A stretch of DNA of 64,000 nucleotides from Myxococcota bacterium (GTDB taxonomy: Bacteria > Myxococcota_A > UBA9160 > UBA6930). Under the pieces are notes generated by a model. The model saw only the letters and a list, made by a program, of their open reading frames with translations, was not told where the DNA came from and made no database searches. Position 1 is the stretch's first letter. Every line of letters starts with the position of its first letter. Both the position numbers and the translations under genes were made by a program. Shown in pieces: positions 30,366 through 39,648 of this stretch. The DNA lies in NCBI GenBank assembly GCA_965223705.1, contig OZ245015.1, forward strand, positions 1,088,001 to 1,152,000, given 5' to 3'.

Positions 30366-31208
30366 ATGGCACAAGGCGGCAACGAATCACAGATCGAGTC
30401 TTGGAACGATGCAGGCGAGGCATGGGCGCGTCAGCAAGAGCGCATCGACATTCAGATGGCGCCGCACGCCGAACACGGCCTGCGCGCCGCGAACGCGAAA
30501 CCGGGTGAGCGCGTCGCGGACGTGGGGTGCGGTTGCGGTACGTCGAGCCTCGCATTGGCGGAGCGGGTCGGCCCGGAAGGCGCCGTCGTCGGCGTCGACG
30601 TCTCGCGACCGATGCTCGAGTGCGCGCGTCGCAGGGCCGCCGGGCTCCCCAACGTCTCTTTTGTCGAAGGAGACGCACAAGTCTTCTCGCTACCCGAGCC
30701 GGTGGATCTCGTATTCTCGCGCTTCGGAGTGATGTTCTTTTCCGATCCCGCTGCCGCGTTCCGCAATCTGCACAGCTGGCTCCGGCCCGGCGGTCGGATG
30801 GTCTTCGTGGCGTGGCAGTCGCGCGAGAACAATCCCTGGATCGCCATCCCGGCGCGGGCGGCGGCGGATTTCGTTCCGCTACCCGAGCCTCCCCCGCCCG
30901 GCGCACCGGGGATGTTCAGCCTCGCGGACCCCGATCACGTGCAATCCCTGCTCGGTGGGGCCGGCTTTCGCGACATCGCGATCCAAGGAGAGAGCGTGCG
31001 GATTCGCCCTCGCGAAGGCTCCGCTGCAGAGGCCACGGCTCTCTTCATGGACATCGGGCCCGTACCGGGTGCGCTACGCGAGGCCGGGGCGGAGGCGTCC
31101 GTCCATCAGCAGGTCGCCGAACGGATGGAGGCGCTGTACGAGGACCAGCGAGGTCCCCGGGGGGTGGAGCTCGATTCCGCGATCTGGGTCGTCGAGGCTG
31201 CGGCGTAG
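30366..31208 (+). CDS. Class I SAM-dependent methyltransferase
   Basis: VADVGCGCG, GVDVS, GDAQ, SRFGVMFF, LRPGGR. Confidence 0.9.
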   Translation: MAQGGNESQIESWNDAGEAWARQQERIDIQMAPHAEHGLRAANAKPGERVADVGCGCGTSSLALAERVGPEGAVVGVDVSRPMLECARRRAAGLPNVSFVEGDAQVFSLPEPVDLVFSRFGVMFFSDPAAAFRNLHSWLRPGGRMVFVAWQSRENNPWIAIPARAAADFVPLPEPPPPGAPGMFSLADPDHVQSLLGGAGFRDIAIQGESVRIRPREGSAAEATALFMDIGPVPGALREAGAEASVHQQVAERMEALYEDQRGPRGVELDSAIWVVEAAA

Positions 31209-31282
31209 TGGATCCCCGGGGAGGATTCGAACCTCCATTCGCAGGTTCAGAGCCTGCTGTCCTGCCGTTAGACGACCGGGGA
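31209..31282 (-). tRNA. tRNA-Gln(CTG)
   Basis: Reverse complement TCCCCGGTCGTCTAACGGCAGGACA GCAGG CTCTGAA CCTGC GAATGGAGGTTCGAATCCTCCCCGGGGATCCA. Confidence 0.95.
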
Positions 31283-31462
31283 CCAAGTAGTCACTGGTTT
31301 CGCTGTCTTACCCGAGGCCTTGGACTTCGACAAGTCATCCCGGCGAGAAGTACCGTCGCAGCCTGGTTCGTGCGCTGCGGCACCCCAGATGAACTGATAC
31401 GGTTTCCCCCCGGGCAGTTCCTGCGACTGCTCACACTTCTCTTCGACAGGACCGGTGTTCCG

Positions 31463-32047
31463 ATGAAGATCTCCGTCGATCAGCTCAGCGAGGAGCCCCG
31501 GAGCTACGCGTTCGACGCCGAGCCGGAATGGTGGGTCGAGCGAGAGACCGATCCGAGCCTCCGCGCGCTCATCACCGAACCCGTCGCCTACACCGTCACC
31601 GGCTCGAAAATCGGCGCTTCCGTCTACCTCGAGGGCAACACGGAGACGATGCTGACGCTCGCGTGCAGCCGGTGCCTCGAACGCTATCGTCACCCGCTCT
31701 CGGAAGGTTTTCGGTTAGTTTTGGAGCCGGCCGGCGACCGGGTGCCTGCGGATCCAGAGGGAGCCCGGCAACTGTCTGAGAACGGGTTATACGTTTCCGA
31801 CGAACTCGAGTACGGCTGGTTCGCGGGGCCCGAGCTGGTCCTCGACGATTACTTCGCCGAACTCGTGGCGCTGTGCGTACCGGTTCAGCCGGTTTGTCGG
31901 GAAGATTGTCTCGGGCTTTGCCCGGTTTGCGGAGTCGACCGTAACCGGAAGGCATGCTCGTGTGTAGAGACTCCTGTCCACCAGCCGTTCGCCGGACTAG
32001 CGGCGCTGCGCGACAAGTTGGCAGAGAGAAAAGGGGACCGATCGTGA
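31463..32047 (+). CDS. yceD: DUF177/YceD family protein
   Basis: CSRCL and CREDCLGLCPVCG motifs; immediately upstream of rpmF. Confidence 0.88.
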   Translation: MKISVDQLSEEPRSYAFDAEPEWWVERETDPSLRALITEPVAYTVTGSKIGASVYLEGNTETMLTLACSRCLERYRHPLSEGFRLVLEPAGDRVPADPEGARQLSENGLYVSDELEYGWFAGPELVLDDYFAELVALCVPVQPVCREDCLGLCPVCGVDRNRKACSCVETPVHQPFAGLAALRDKLAERKGDRS

Positions 32048-32226
32048 TTGCACCGAAACGACGCACGTCTCGTTCGAAGCGCGACAAGCGTCGCAGCCAC
32101 GATGCGCTGAAGGCGCCTGCGCGCGCCGTGTGTCCGAGTTGCGGCAGCCCGAAAATGCCCCACCGCGTGTGCGGAAACTGCGGCGTCTATCGGGAGCGCA
32201 CCGTGATCGAGACCGACGAGGACTAG
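32044..32226 (+). CDS. rpmF: 50S ribosomal protein L32 (Zn-binding form)
   Basis: PKRRTSRSKRDKRRSH, CPSCG...PHRVCGNCG; GTGA overlap with yceD. Confidence 0.95.
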   Translation: MIAPKRRTSRSKRDKRRSHDALKAPARAVCPSCGSPKMPHRVCGNCGVYRERTVIETDED

Positions 32227-32229
32227 AGT

Positions 32230-33177
32230 TTGCTCGCGCTGCTATTCCCGGGCCAAGGCTCGCAAGAAGTCGGAATGGGTCGCGACATCGCCGACCATTC
32301 TGCCGGCGCGCGCGAAATTTTTGAACGAGCCGACCAAGCGCTCGGGATGGGCCTTTCGAAGGTCTGTTTCGAAGGGCCCGAAGAAGCGCTTACGCCCACC
32401 GAGGTCCAGCAGCCGGCGATCCTCACGACGAGCATCGCGATGCTCCGCGCGTTGCAGGAACGTTGCGAAGTCCGACCCGACTATCTGATGGGTCACAGTC
32501 TCGGCGAGTACACCGCATTGGTCGCCGGCGGCGCGATCGATTTCGAGGACGCGGTTCGGCTCGTGCACGCACGCGGTCGGTTCATGCAGGAAGCCGTGCC
32601 CGCAGGCCGCGGGGCCATGGCTGCTGTGATGGGTAGCAAGGCCTCGGTAGTCGAACAGGCGTGCGCCCAGACAGAGTCCGCAGGCGGCGGCGTGGTTCGG
32701 CCCGCGAACTACAACGGTCCCGCACAAACGGTGATCGCGGGAGAGGCCTCTGCCGTCGAAGCGGCATGCGAGGAAGCGAAGCGTCTCGGGGCCAAACGCG
32801 CGGTCTTGCTGCCCGTCTCTGCGCCTTTTCACTGCCCGCTGATGCAACCCGCCGCGGACGCGCTGGCTACGGAACTCGGCGGCCTCGGCTGGCGCAACCT
32901 CGAGACGCCCGTGATGGGCAACGTCGAGGCGCAGCCGTACCGCGAGGCGGCGCGGATCCCGGATCTCCTACAGGCGCAAGTGACCGCACCGGTCCGCTTT
33001 ACCGAGAGCGTTGCCGCCTTGGTGGCCGCCGGGGTGGATCGGGTCCTCGAAGTCGGCCCGGGAAGTATTTTGTCGGGCTTGGTGGCACGGATCGAGCGTC
33101 GCCTCCCCCGGGCGTCAGTCAGCGATGTCGAAGGGCTTCAAGCCGCGGAAGATTTCTTGGCGGAGGGAGCGCGTTAA
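32230..33177 (+). CDS. fabD: Malonyl-CoA:ACP transacylase
   Basis: FPGQGSQ, GHSLGEY, VSAPFH, EVGPG. Confidence 0.95.
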   Translation: MLALLFPGQGSQEVGMGRDIADHSAGAREIFERADQALGMGLSKVCFEGPEEALTPTEVQQPAILTTSIAMLRALQERCEVRPDYLMGHSLGEYTALVAGGAIDFEDAVRLVHARGRFMQEAVPAGRGAMAAVMGSKASVVEQACAQTESAGGGVVRPANYNGPAQTVIAGEASAVEAACEEAKRLGAKRAVLLPVSAPFHCPLMQPAADALATELGGLGWRNLETPVMGNVEAQPYREAARIPDLLQAQVTAPVRFTESVAALVAAGVDRVLEVGPGSILSGLVARIERRLPRASVSDVEGLQAAEDFLAEGAR

Positions 33178-33225
33178 TATGCGCCCGAGAGCCGAGGGAG
33201 CACTCGATTCACAGGAGGATTGGGG

Positions 33226-33462
33226 ATGGCCTTAGCGGAACGCGTGAATGAAATCATCGTCGAGCAGCTGGGGGTGTCACGCGAAGAGGTGGTTCCCGAA
33301 GCCTCCTTCGTCGATGACCTGGGCGCCGATTCACTCGACATCGTCGAGCTGGTCATGGCGATGGAAGAGGAGTTCGACGTCGAAATCCCCGACGAGGACG
33401 CCGAGAAGATTCAAACCATCGGGAACGCCATCTCCTATATCCAGGAGAAGCTCAAAGCCTAG
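33226..33462 (+). CDS. acpP: Acyl carrier protein
   Basis: [20 protein letters not shown]. Confidence 0.97.
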   Translation: MALAERVNEIIVEQLGVSREEVVPEASFVDDLGADSLDIVELVMAMEEEFDVEIPDEDAEKIQTIGNAISYIQEKLKA

Positions 33463-33470
33463 GAGCCGCC

Positions 33471-34712
33471 ATGGCCTCCCCCGCAAAACACGGCGTCGTC
33501 GTGACCGGAATGGGCGCCGTGACTCCCCTGGGCCGATCGGCCGAGACGAGCTGGGAAGCGGTCGTCGCCGGCAAATCCGGCGTGGACCGCATGCCCGCGT
33601 TCGTCGAGGCCGAGCTGCCGGTAGCGATCGGAGCCCCGGTCCGCGGCGACCTCGGGGCGAACGATCTCGACCCGAAAGAGCGGCGACGCCTCGACCGGGC
33701 GATCCTGCTCGCCCTGACCGCGGCGGAAGAAGCCGTGGCCGACGCGGGCATCGACTTTTCGACCGTCGAGTCGGGCCGCGCTGGCGTCGTGATCGGCTCG
33801 GGAATCGGCGGCATCTCGACCATTGTCGAAAATCACAAATCGTTCCTGTCCCGCGGTCATCGCCGGGTTTCTCCGTTCATGATTCCGATGAGCTTGACGA
33901 ATCTCCCGGGCGGCTACGTCGCGATCCGCTACGGCCTGACCGGGCCCATCCAGTGCCCCGTATCCGCGTGTGCAAGCGGGGCGCAGGCGCTGGGCGAGGC
34001 GGCGAGGATCATCGAGCGCGGCGACGCGGACGTCGTGATCGCCGGTGGGACGGAAGCTTCCCTCATTCCCTTCGTCGCGGCGGGCTTTCAAAGCATGCAG
34101 GCGCTGTCCAACCGAAACGACGCGCCGGAGCAGGCGAGTCGTCCCTTCGACCGCGACCGGGACGGGTTCGTGATGGGCGAAGGAGCCGGGCTTTTCATTC
34201 TCGAGCGCGCCGAGCACGCGCGGGCGCGCGGCGCCAAGATTCGCGGCCACCTGCTCGGCTACGGGGTCACGGCCGACGCGTCGCACGTCGCCGCACCCGA
34301 GCCGAACGGTCGCGGCGCCGAAGCCTGCATGCGTCGCGCCCTCGAAGATGCCGAGCGGGACGCCACCGACGTCGGCTACGTGAACGCCCACGCGACGAGC
34401 ACCCCGCTCGGCGACCGCATCGAGGCGGGCGTCATTCGGCGCGTTGTCGGCGAGGCGGTCGCGGTGTCTTCGACGAAGGGAGCGACCGGCCATCTCTTCG
34501 GCGCCGCGGGAGCGGTCGAAGCCCTCTTTTGTGTCCGTGCCCTCGAGACCGGTATCCTCCCCCCGACGCTCAACCTCGAGCAGCCCGACGAAGAGTGCGA
34601 GCTCGCGCACGTCGCCATGACCGCGCGTTCGTCCTCGCCAAGGGTCGCTCTTTCCAACTCTTTCGGATTTGGCGGCACCAACACCTGCTTGGTGCTCGGA
34701 CGCGAGGAATAA
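33471..34712 (+). CDS. fabF: Beta-ketoacyl-ACP synthase II
   Basis: VVVTGMG, SACASG, NAHATST, KGATGH, NSFGFGGTN. Confidence 0.93.
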   Translation: MASPAKHGVVVTGMGAVTPLGRSAETSWEAVVAGKSGVDRMPAFVEAELPVAIGAPVRGDLGANDLDPKERRRLDRAILLALTAAEEAVADAGIDFSTVESGRAGVVIGSGIGGISTIVENHKSFLSRGHRRVSPFMIPMSLTNLPGGYVAIRYGLTGPIQCPVSACASGAQALGEAARIIERGDADVVIAGGTEASLIPFVAAGFQSMQALSNRNDAPEQASRPFDRDRDGFVMGEGAGLFILERAEHARARGAKIRGHLLGYGVTADASHVAAPEPNGRGAEACMRRALEDAERDATDVGYVNAHATSTPLGDRIEAGVIRRVVGEAVAVSSTKGATGHLFGAAGAVEALFCVRALETGILPPTLNLEQPDEECELAHVAMTARSSSPRVALSNSFGFGGTNTCLVLGREE

Positions 34713-36422
34713 ATGGCGGACCGAATCGCACTGGCGAGTGACCATCGCGGGGTGGCGCTGAAGGAAGGGCTTTCGAAGCGACTCCTCGAAGAGGGGTTCG
34801 AAGTGCGCGATTGCGGAACGAACAGCGCGGACTCGGTCGACTACCCGGACTTCGCCGTTCAGGCGGCACGTGCCGTATCCACGGGCGAAACGCCTCGCGC
34901 GATCGTGATCTGCGGTTCCGGCCTCGGGGTGAGCTACGCCGCGAACCGGTTTCCCGGGGTGCGCGCCGCGCTCGCGCACGACGGCGAAGCGGCCGCCGCG
35001 TCCCGCGCCCACAACGACTCGAACGTACTGGCCTTGTCCGCCGACCGGACGTCGGTCGAGGACGCCTGGCGCATCGTTCGAACCTGGCTCGACACGCCCT
35101 TCGAAGGGGGACGTCACGAACGCCGCGTCGCCAAGCTCGATTCCCTGACGCCCGTCGCCGGCGCCGCCGCTCTCGCGGAAGAAGATCCCGAGATCGCGGC
35201 GTTGATCCGCCGGGAGGCCAAGCGGCAGGCGCTGAACCTCGAACTCATCGCTTCCGAGAACTTCGTCTCCGAAGCGGTGATGGAAGCCACGGGCTCGGTC
35301 CTGACGAACAAGTACGCCGAAGGCTACCCGGGGCGACGTTACTACGGCGGTTGCGACGTGGTCGACGAAGTCGAGCGCATCGCGATCGACCGCGCCAAGG
35401 AGCTCTTCGGAGCGGGGTATGCGAACGTGCAGCCGCACTCGGGCTCACAGGCGAACGAAGCCGTGTACCGCGCGACGGTTTCACCCGGCGACACGGTCCT
35501 CGCGATGAACCTCGACCACGGCGGACACCTGACGCACGGCAGCCCCGTGAATTTCTCAGGCATGCTCTACAACATCGTCGCGTACGGGGTACGCGAAGAC
35601 ACCGAGCAGATCGACTACGACCAGGTTCGCGAGCTCGCCCGCGAACATCGGCCGAAGCTCATCCAGTGCGGGACCACGGCGTATTCGCGCACTCTCGACT
35701 TTGCGGCGTTTCGAGAAATCGCCGACGAGGTCGGCGCGATCCTCTTTGCGGATATCGCGCACATCGCCGGGCTCGTCGCGACGGGCGTCCACGACAGCCC
35801 GGTCGGTCGTGCGCACATCGTGACGACCACCACCCACAAGACACTCCGCGGTCCACGGGGCGGGTTGATTCTCACGAACGAGGAGGAGCTCGCGAAAGCG
35901 ATCAACCGCGCGGTCTTTCCGGGCGGGCAGGGCGGCCCGCTCATGCACGTCATCGCCGGTAAGGCCGTCGCCTTCAAGGAAGCGCTCCAGCCGAGCTTCC
36001 GCACGTACTGCGAACGTGTCGTCGCGAATGCCCGAGCGTTGGCGGCGAGTCTCGCGCAGCGCGATGTCCGCATCGTGGCCGGTGGAACGGACACGCATCT
36101 CTTCATGATCTCTCTGGTCGGGCGCGACGTGACCGGGAAGCTCGCGCAGAGCGCTTTCGAGGACGCCGGTATCACGGCGAACAAGAACATGGTGCCCTTC
36201 GATCCGAGGAAGCCCATGGTGACTTCCGGCGTGCGCTTTGGCACACCCGCGGTGACGACCCGCGGGATGGGCGAGGCGGAGATGGAACAGATCGCATCGC
36301 TGATCGTTCGCGTCCTCGATCGTCCGACCGATCCGGCTTCGCTCGCCGAGGTGCGCGCGGATGTCGAAGCGCTGTGCCGACGCTTTCCGCTCTATCTCGC
36401 CCACTGGTCCGAAAGCGACTAG
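34713..36422 (+). CDS. rpiB-glyA: Fused ribose-5-phosphate isomerase B / serine hydroxymethyltransferase
   Basis: N-terminal ASDHRG, DYPD, CGSGLG, HNDSN, FEGGRH; then in frame [28 protein letters not shown]. Confidence 0.93.
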   Translation: MADRIALASDHRGVALKEGLSKRLLEEGFEVRDCGTNSADSVDYPDFAVQAARAVSTGETPRAIVICGSGLGVSYAANRFPGVRAALAHDGEAAAASRAHNDSNVLALSADRTSVEDAWRIVRTWLDTPFEGGRHERRVAKLDSLTPVAGAAALAEEDPEIAALIRREAKRQALNLELIASENFVSEAVMEATGSVLTNKYAEGYPGRRYYGGCDVVDEVERIAIDRAKELFGAGYANVQPHSGSQANEAVYRATVSPGDTVLAMNLDHGGHLTHGSPVNFSGMLYNIVAYGVREDTEQIDYDQVRELAREHRPKLIQCGTTAYSRTLDFAAFREIADEVGAILFADIAHIAGLVATGVHDSPVGRAHIVTTTTHKTLRGPRGGLILTNEEELAKAINRAVFPGGQGGPLMHVIAGKAVAFKEALQPSFRTYCERVVANARALAASLAQRDVRIVAGGTDTHLFMISLVGRDVTGKLAQSAFEDAGITANKNMVPFDPRKPMVTSGVRFGTPAVTTRGMGEAEMEQIASLIVRVLDRPTDPASLAEVRADVEALCRRFPLYLAHWSESD

Positions 36423-36425
36423 AGC

Positions 36426-36887
36426 TTGCGCTGCCCCTACTGCGCAGAAGTCGTCAACCGGGTCATCGACTCGCGGCTGACGCGAGACGGTCGCGAGATC
36501 CGTCGACGGCGGGAATGCCTCGAGTGCTCGAAGCGGTTCACGACGCGCGAGCGCCTCGAAGAGGTGCTGCCGAAAATGGTGAAGCGTGACCAGCGGCGCG
36601 AGGAATACGATCGCAACAAACTCGAACACAGCCTGCAAATGGCCTGTGCGAAACGACCCGTCAGCGAGAACGAGTTGCAACTACTCGTCGATCGCGTCGA
36701 GCGGCAGCTCCAGGAAGTCGGTGACGCGGAAGTCGCCACGGCGCTGGTCGGTGACTGCGTCCTCGACGGATTGATCGAGCTCGATCGGTTGGCCGCCGCG
36801 CGCTTTGCCTCGGTGTTTCGCGGGTTCGACAGCGCGGATGACTACGCCGCATTCTTTGCATCGATTGAACGCAAGCCGACGCCCTAA
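36426..36887 (+). CDS. nrdR: Transcriptional repressor NrdR
   Basis: CPYC...VIDSR...IRRRRECLEC.KRFTT.E followed by an ATP-cone ending RFASV. Confidence 0.93.
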   Translation: MRCPYCAEVVNRVIDSRLTRDGREIRRRRECLECSKRFTTRERLEEVLPKMVKRDQRREEYDRNKLEHSLQMACAKRPVSENELQLLVDRVERQLQEVGDAEVATALVGDCVLDGLIELDRLAAARFASVFRGFDSADDYAAFFASIERKPTP

Positions 36888-38015
36888 TGGCACGAGCGCT
36901 ACAGCCTGAACAGGCGATGCGCCTGGCGCTACGCGCGGCGCGGCGCGGCAGTGGTCGGGTTTTCCCAAACCCGCCTGTCGGCGCCGTGGTGTACCGGGGC
37001 GATCGCGTTCTCGGGCGCGGCTCGACCGAGCCGCCCCCCGGACGCCACGCGGAAATCGTCGCGCTCGATCGCGCGCGTCGACGTCACGGCGCGGGTGCCG
37101 TCAAGGGCGCCTCCCTCGCGGTCACCCTCGAGCCCTGCTGTCACCGCGGCCGTACCGGGCCATGCACCGACGCGATTCGCGAAGCGGGGATCCGACGCGT
37201 TGTGATCGGGCACCGCGATCCCCATCCCCGCGTCTCCGGCGGCGGCGTGCGGGACGTTGCGTCGCGCGGGCCTCACGGTCGTCGAGGACATCCTGGCGAG
37301 TGACTGCCGGGAACAGCATCGGGGTTTTCTGTCTTTGCAGCTGCGCGGCCGACCGTTCGTCGCGCTGAAGCTCGCCGCGACCCTCGACGGGAGGATCGCG
37401 ACCCGCACCGGCGAATCCCGCTGGATCACCGCCTCCCCAGCGCGCGCTCGGGTTCAAACCCTTCGAGATCGCGCCGATGCCGTGGCCGTCGGGTCGGCCA
37501 CGGCGCGCGCGGACGATCCAGAACTGGCGGTTCGGCGCGGGGACCGGGTGGTGCGCCGCCCAGTCCGCGTCGTCTTCGATTCCGGTCTCACGTTGCCACG
37601 CCAGAGCCGGATGGTGCGCGAGCACCCCGAGCTCACCTGGGTTCTCGCGACGCGGAGCGCCAGCGCGGCGCGTCGTCAGGCCCTCCGGGCCTGCGGGGTT
37701 CGCGTGCTCACCGCGCGCGCGCGCGCCGGCCACCTCGACCTCGTCGCGGCCCTCGAAACGCTTGGCCGTGAGGGGCTTTCGGACCTCCTCGTCGAAGGCG
37801 GCGGGGGTCTCGCCGGGGCGCTACTGCGCGCGAACTTGGTGGACGAACTCCACTGGTTCGTGGCTCCGACAGTGCTCGGCGGAGACGGCGTGCCCGTTCT
37901 GTCGCCGCTCGGCATCACCGCCCTCCGTGATCGCATCGATCTCCGCGGCCCGACCCTCGCGCGGGTCGGCGGAGACTTCTACGTTCGCGGTAGGCTTACC
38001 CCCGAGATCTCGTAG
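36887..38015 (+). pseudogene. ribD: Riboflavin biosynthesis deaminase/reductase RibD split by a +1 frameshift near 37251-37253 (sequencing error or real lesion)
   Basis: Deaminase motifs PNPPVGA, HAE, LEPCCH and PC in 36887..37303; reductase motifs KLAATLDG, SRWIT and VEGG in 37257..38015. Confidence 0.85.
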
Positions 38016-38495
38016 ATGGTGAACATTTATCCCGCCGACTTCGACGCCAGTGCGCTGCGCATCGCTATCGTGGTGGCGCGCTTCAACCACCTCGTCTCGT
38101 CTCGCCTCCTCGCGGGGAGCCTCCGCGAGCTCGAGCGTCGGGGTTGCGAGAACGTCGACGTCGCGTGGGTCCCCGGGGCGTACGAAATCCCGCAGGCCGC
38201 CCGCCGGCTCGCCGCATCGGGTCGCTACCAAGCCGTCATCACGCTCGGCGCGGTCATCCGGGGAGGCACACCCCATTTCGACTACGTGTGCCGCGCGGTG
38301 ACCGACGGCGTCCGCGACGTGATTCGCGATACGGGCGTTCCCGTGACCTTCGGTGTTCTCACGACGGACGACGCCGATCAGGCTCTCGAGCGGACCGGCG
38401 GAACCGCAGGGGACAAGGGCAGCGAAGTGGCGCTCGCGGCCATCGAGATGGCGCGCCTGACGCCGCTCCTCGAACAGCCGCCGAGGTCGGCGTGA
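38016..38495 (+). CDS. ribH: 6,7-dimethyl-8-ribityllumazine synthase
   Basis: VARFN, VPGAYEIP, VIRGGTPHFDYV, FGVLT. Confidence 0.95.
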   Translation: MVNIYPADFDASALRIAIVVARFNHLVSSRLLAGSLRELERRGCENVDVAWVPGAYEIPQAARRLAASGRYQAVITLGAVIRGGTPHFDYVCRAVTDGVRDVIRDTGVPVTFGVLTTDDADQALERTGGTAGDKGSEVALAAIEMARLTPLLEQPPRSA

Positions 38496-38935
38496 GCTCT
38501 CCGCGCCACGCGTCGCGGCAACGAGCACGGGTGGCCGCGTTACAAGTGCTCTACGCCATCGACGTCCGGTCCGACGCGGGCAACTTCCGCGAAGTGGCTG
38601 AGGAGACGTTCGCGAACGCGCTCGGCCACATCGAAATCCCGACCGGTGCGGAGGCCTTTGCGAAAGAGCTGGTGCTGGGGGTCGCCGACGAGCGCGAGTC
38701 GATCGACGCCGCAATCGTTCGTCACGCGAGAAACTGGCGCCTCGAGCGCATGCCCGCTGTCGACCGGAACGTGCTGCGTTTGGGAGTCTTCGAGTTGCGG
38801 CGCGGTCTCGCGGCGCCCGTGGCCATCGACGAATGTCTCGAGCTCGTCCGTCGCTTCGGCGGCGAGAGCAGCGTCTCTTTCGTGAACGGCGTGCTCGACG
38901 CCTTCGCTCGCGACCTCCCGGAGGGCGCGTCGTGA
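38492..38935 (+). CDS. nusB: Transcription antitermination factor NusB
   Basis: RQRARVAALQVLY, NWRLERM..VDRNVLR, FVNGVLD. Confidence 0.93.
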   Translation: MSSPRHASRQRARVAALQVLYAIDVRSDAGNFREVAEETFANALGHIEIPTGAEAFAKELVLGVADERESIDAAIVRHARNWRLERMPAVDRNVLRLGVFELRRGLAAPVAIDECLELVRRFGGESSVSFVNGVLDAFARDLPEGAS

Positions 38936-39549
38936 GCGCCGGGCTCATTCTCGGCGTGTCTTCGGATGCCGCGGAAATCGCCGGTGCCGAGCTGTTGATC
39001 GCTCCGTGGTGCGCGTCCGACCGTCCACCCCGGGGCGCGGCCGGTCGGGTCGATTGGCGGATGTGCGGGCTGGTTTCTCAACTCATCCGCGACGAACGAC
39101 TGACTGGCGAGCGCGACGAGAAGCTCCTCATCGCCACCCATGGACGATTGCGGGCGCCGCGGGTGCTCCTTCTCGGCATGGGCGACCGCACCGCGATCGA
39201 CCCGGAGCGGGCGACCGACGCCGGCATCTTGGGCCTGCGCAGCGCTATGGAGCTCGGTGTCTCCCAGATCGCCCTGTCGTCCGACGTTTTTGGCGGGCTG
39301 CCCGCGGATCGGATGCTTCCCAACCTCGTCCGCGCCTTGGCGCCCGTGGCGGCCGAAGCGTCGGATCCGCTCCATCTGGAATTTCTCGTGGCTCCAACCG
39401 AACGCAGCGCAGCGCGTGAGCGGATTGAGCGCGTCGTCACACGGGGGCTGCGGGAGTTGCCGATGCGTCTCGCCTCAGGGCAGACCGGTGGACGAACCGG
39501 AGACGTCCGACCCCGTGAAAAAGGGGACAAATCCCCCCGGGTCTCTTAA
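38932..39549 (+). CDS. Stand-alone peptidase M17 N-terminal-like domain protein
   Basis: DRPPRGAAGRVDWRMCGLVS...RVLLLGMG; no catalytic domain; GTGA overlap with nusB. Confidence 0.6.
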   Translation: MSAGLILGVSSDAAEIAGAELLIAPWCASDRPPRGAAGRVDWRMCGLVSQLIRDERLTGERDEKLLIATHGRLRAPRVLLLGMGDRTAIDPERATDAGILGLRSAMELGVSQIALSSDVFGGLPADRMLPNLVRALAPVAAEASDPLHLEFLVAPTERSAARERIERVVTRGLRELPMRLASGQTGGRTGDVRPREKGDKSPRVS

Positions 39550-39648
39550 GTCGTCGACCCACTGTCCCGATCTGGAGGAGATCGCAAAGCCTGGGGAGGG
39601 GTTGCGCAGCCCGGATGCGTCCTCGACCCAACCGCTCGGAGAGTCGCC

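Noticed and set aside
23870..31282. Prophage or integrative element at the tRNAs
   Set aside because: No integrase, phage or transposase genes, and no duplicated tRNA 3' end was seen.
30527..31462. 506-aa ORF extension upstream of yceD
   Set aside because: Overlaps the methyltransferase and tRNA-Gln; homology-like sequence begins at ATG 31463.
39549..39648. CGCAAAGCC suggesting a c-di-GMP-I riboswitch
   Set aside because: The upstream GGCAAAC/GAAA-tetraloop stem and the downstream pairing are absent.
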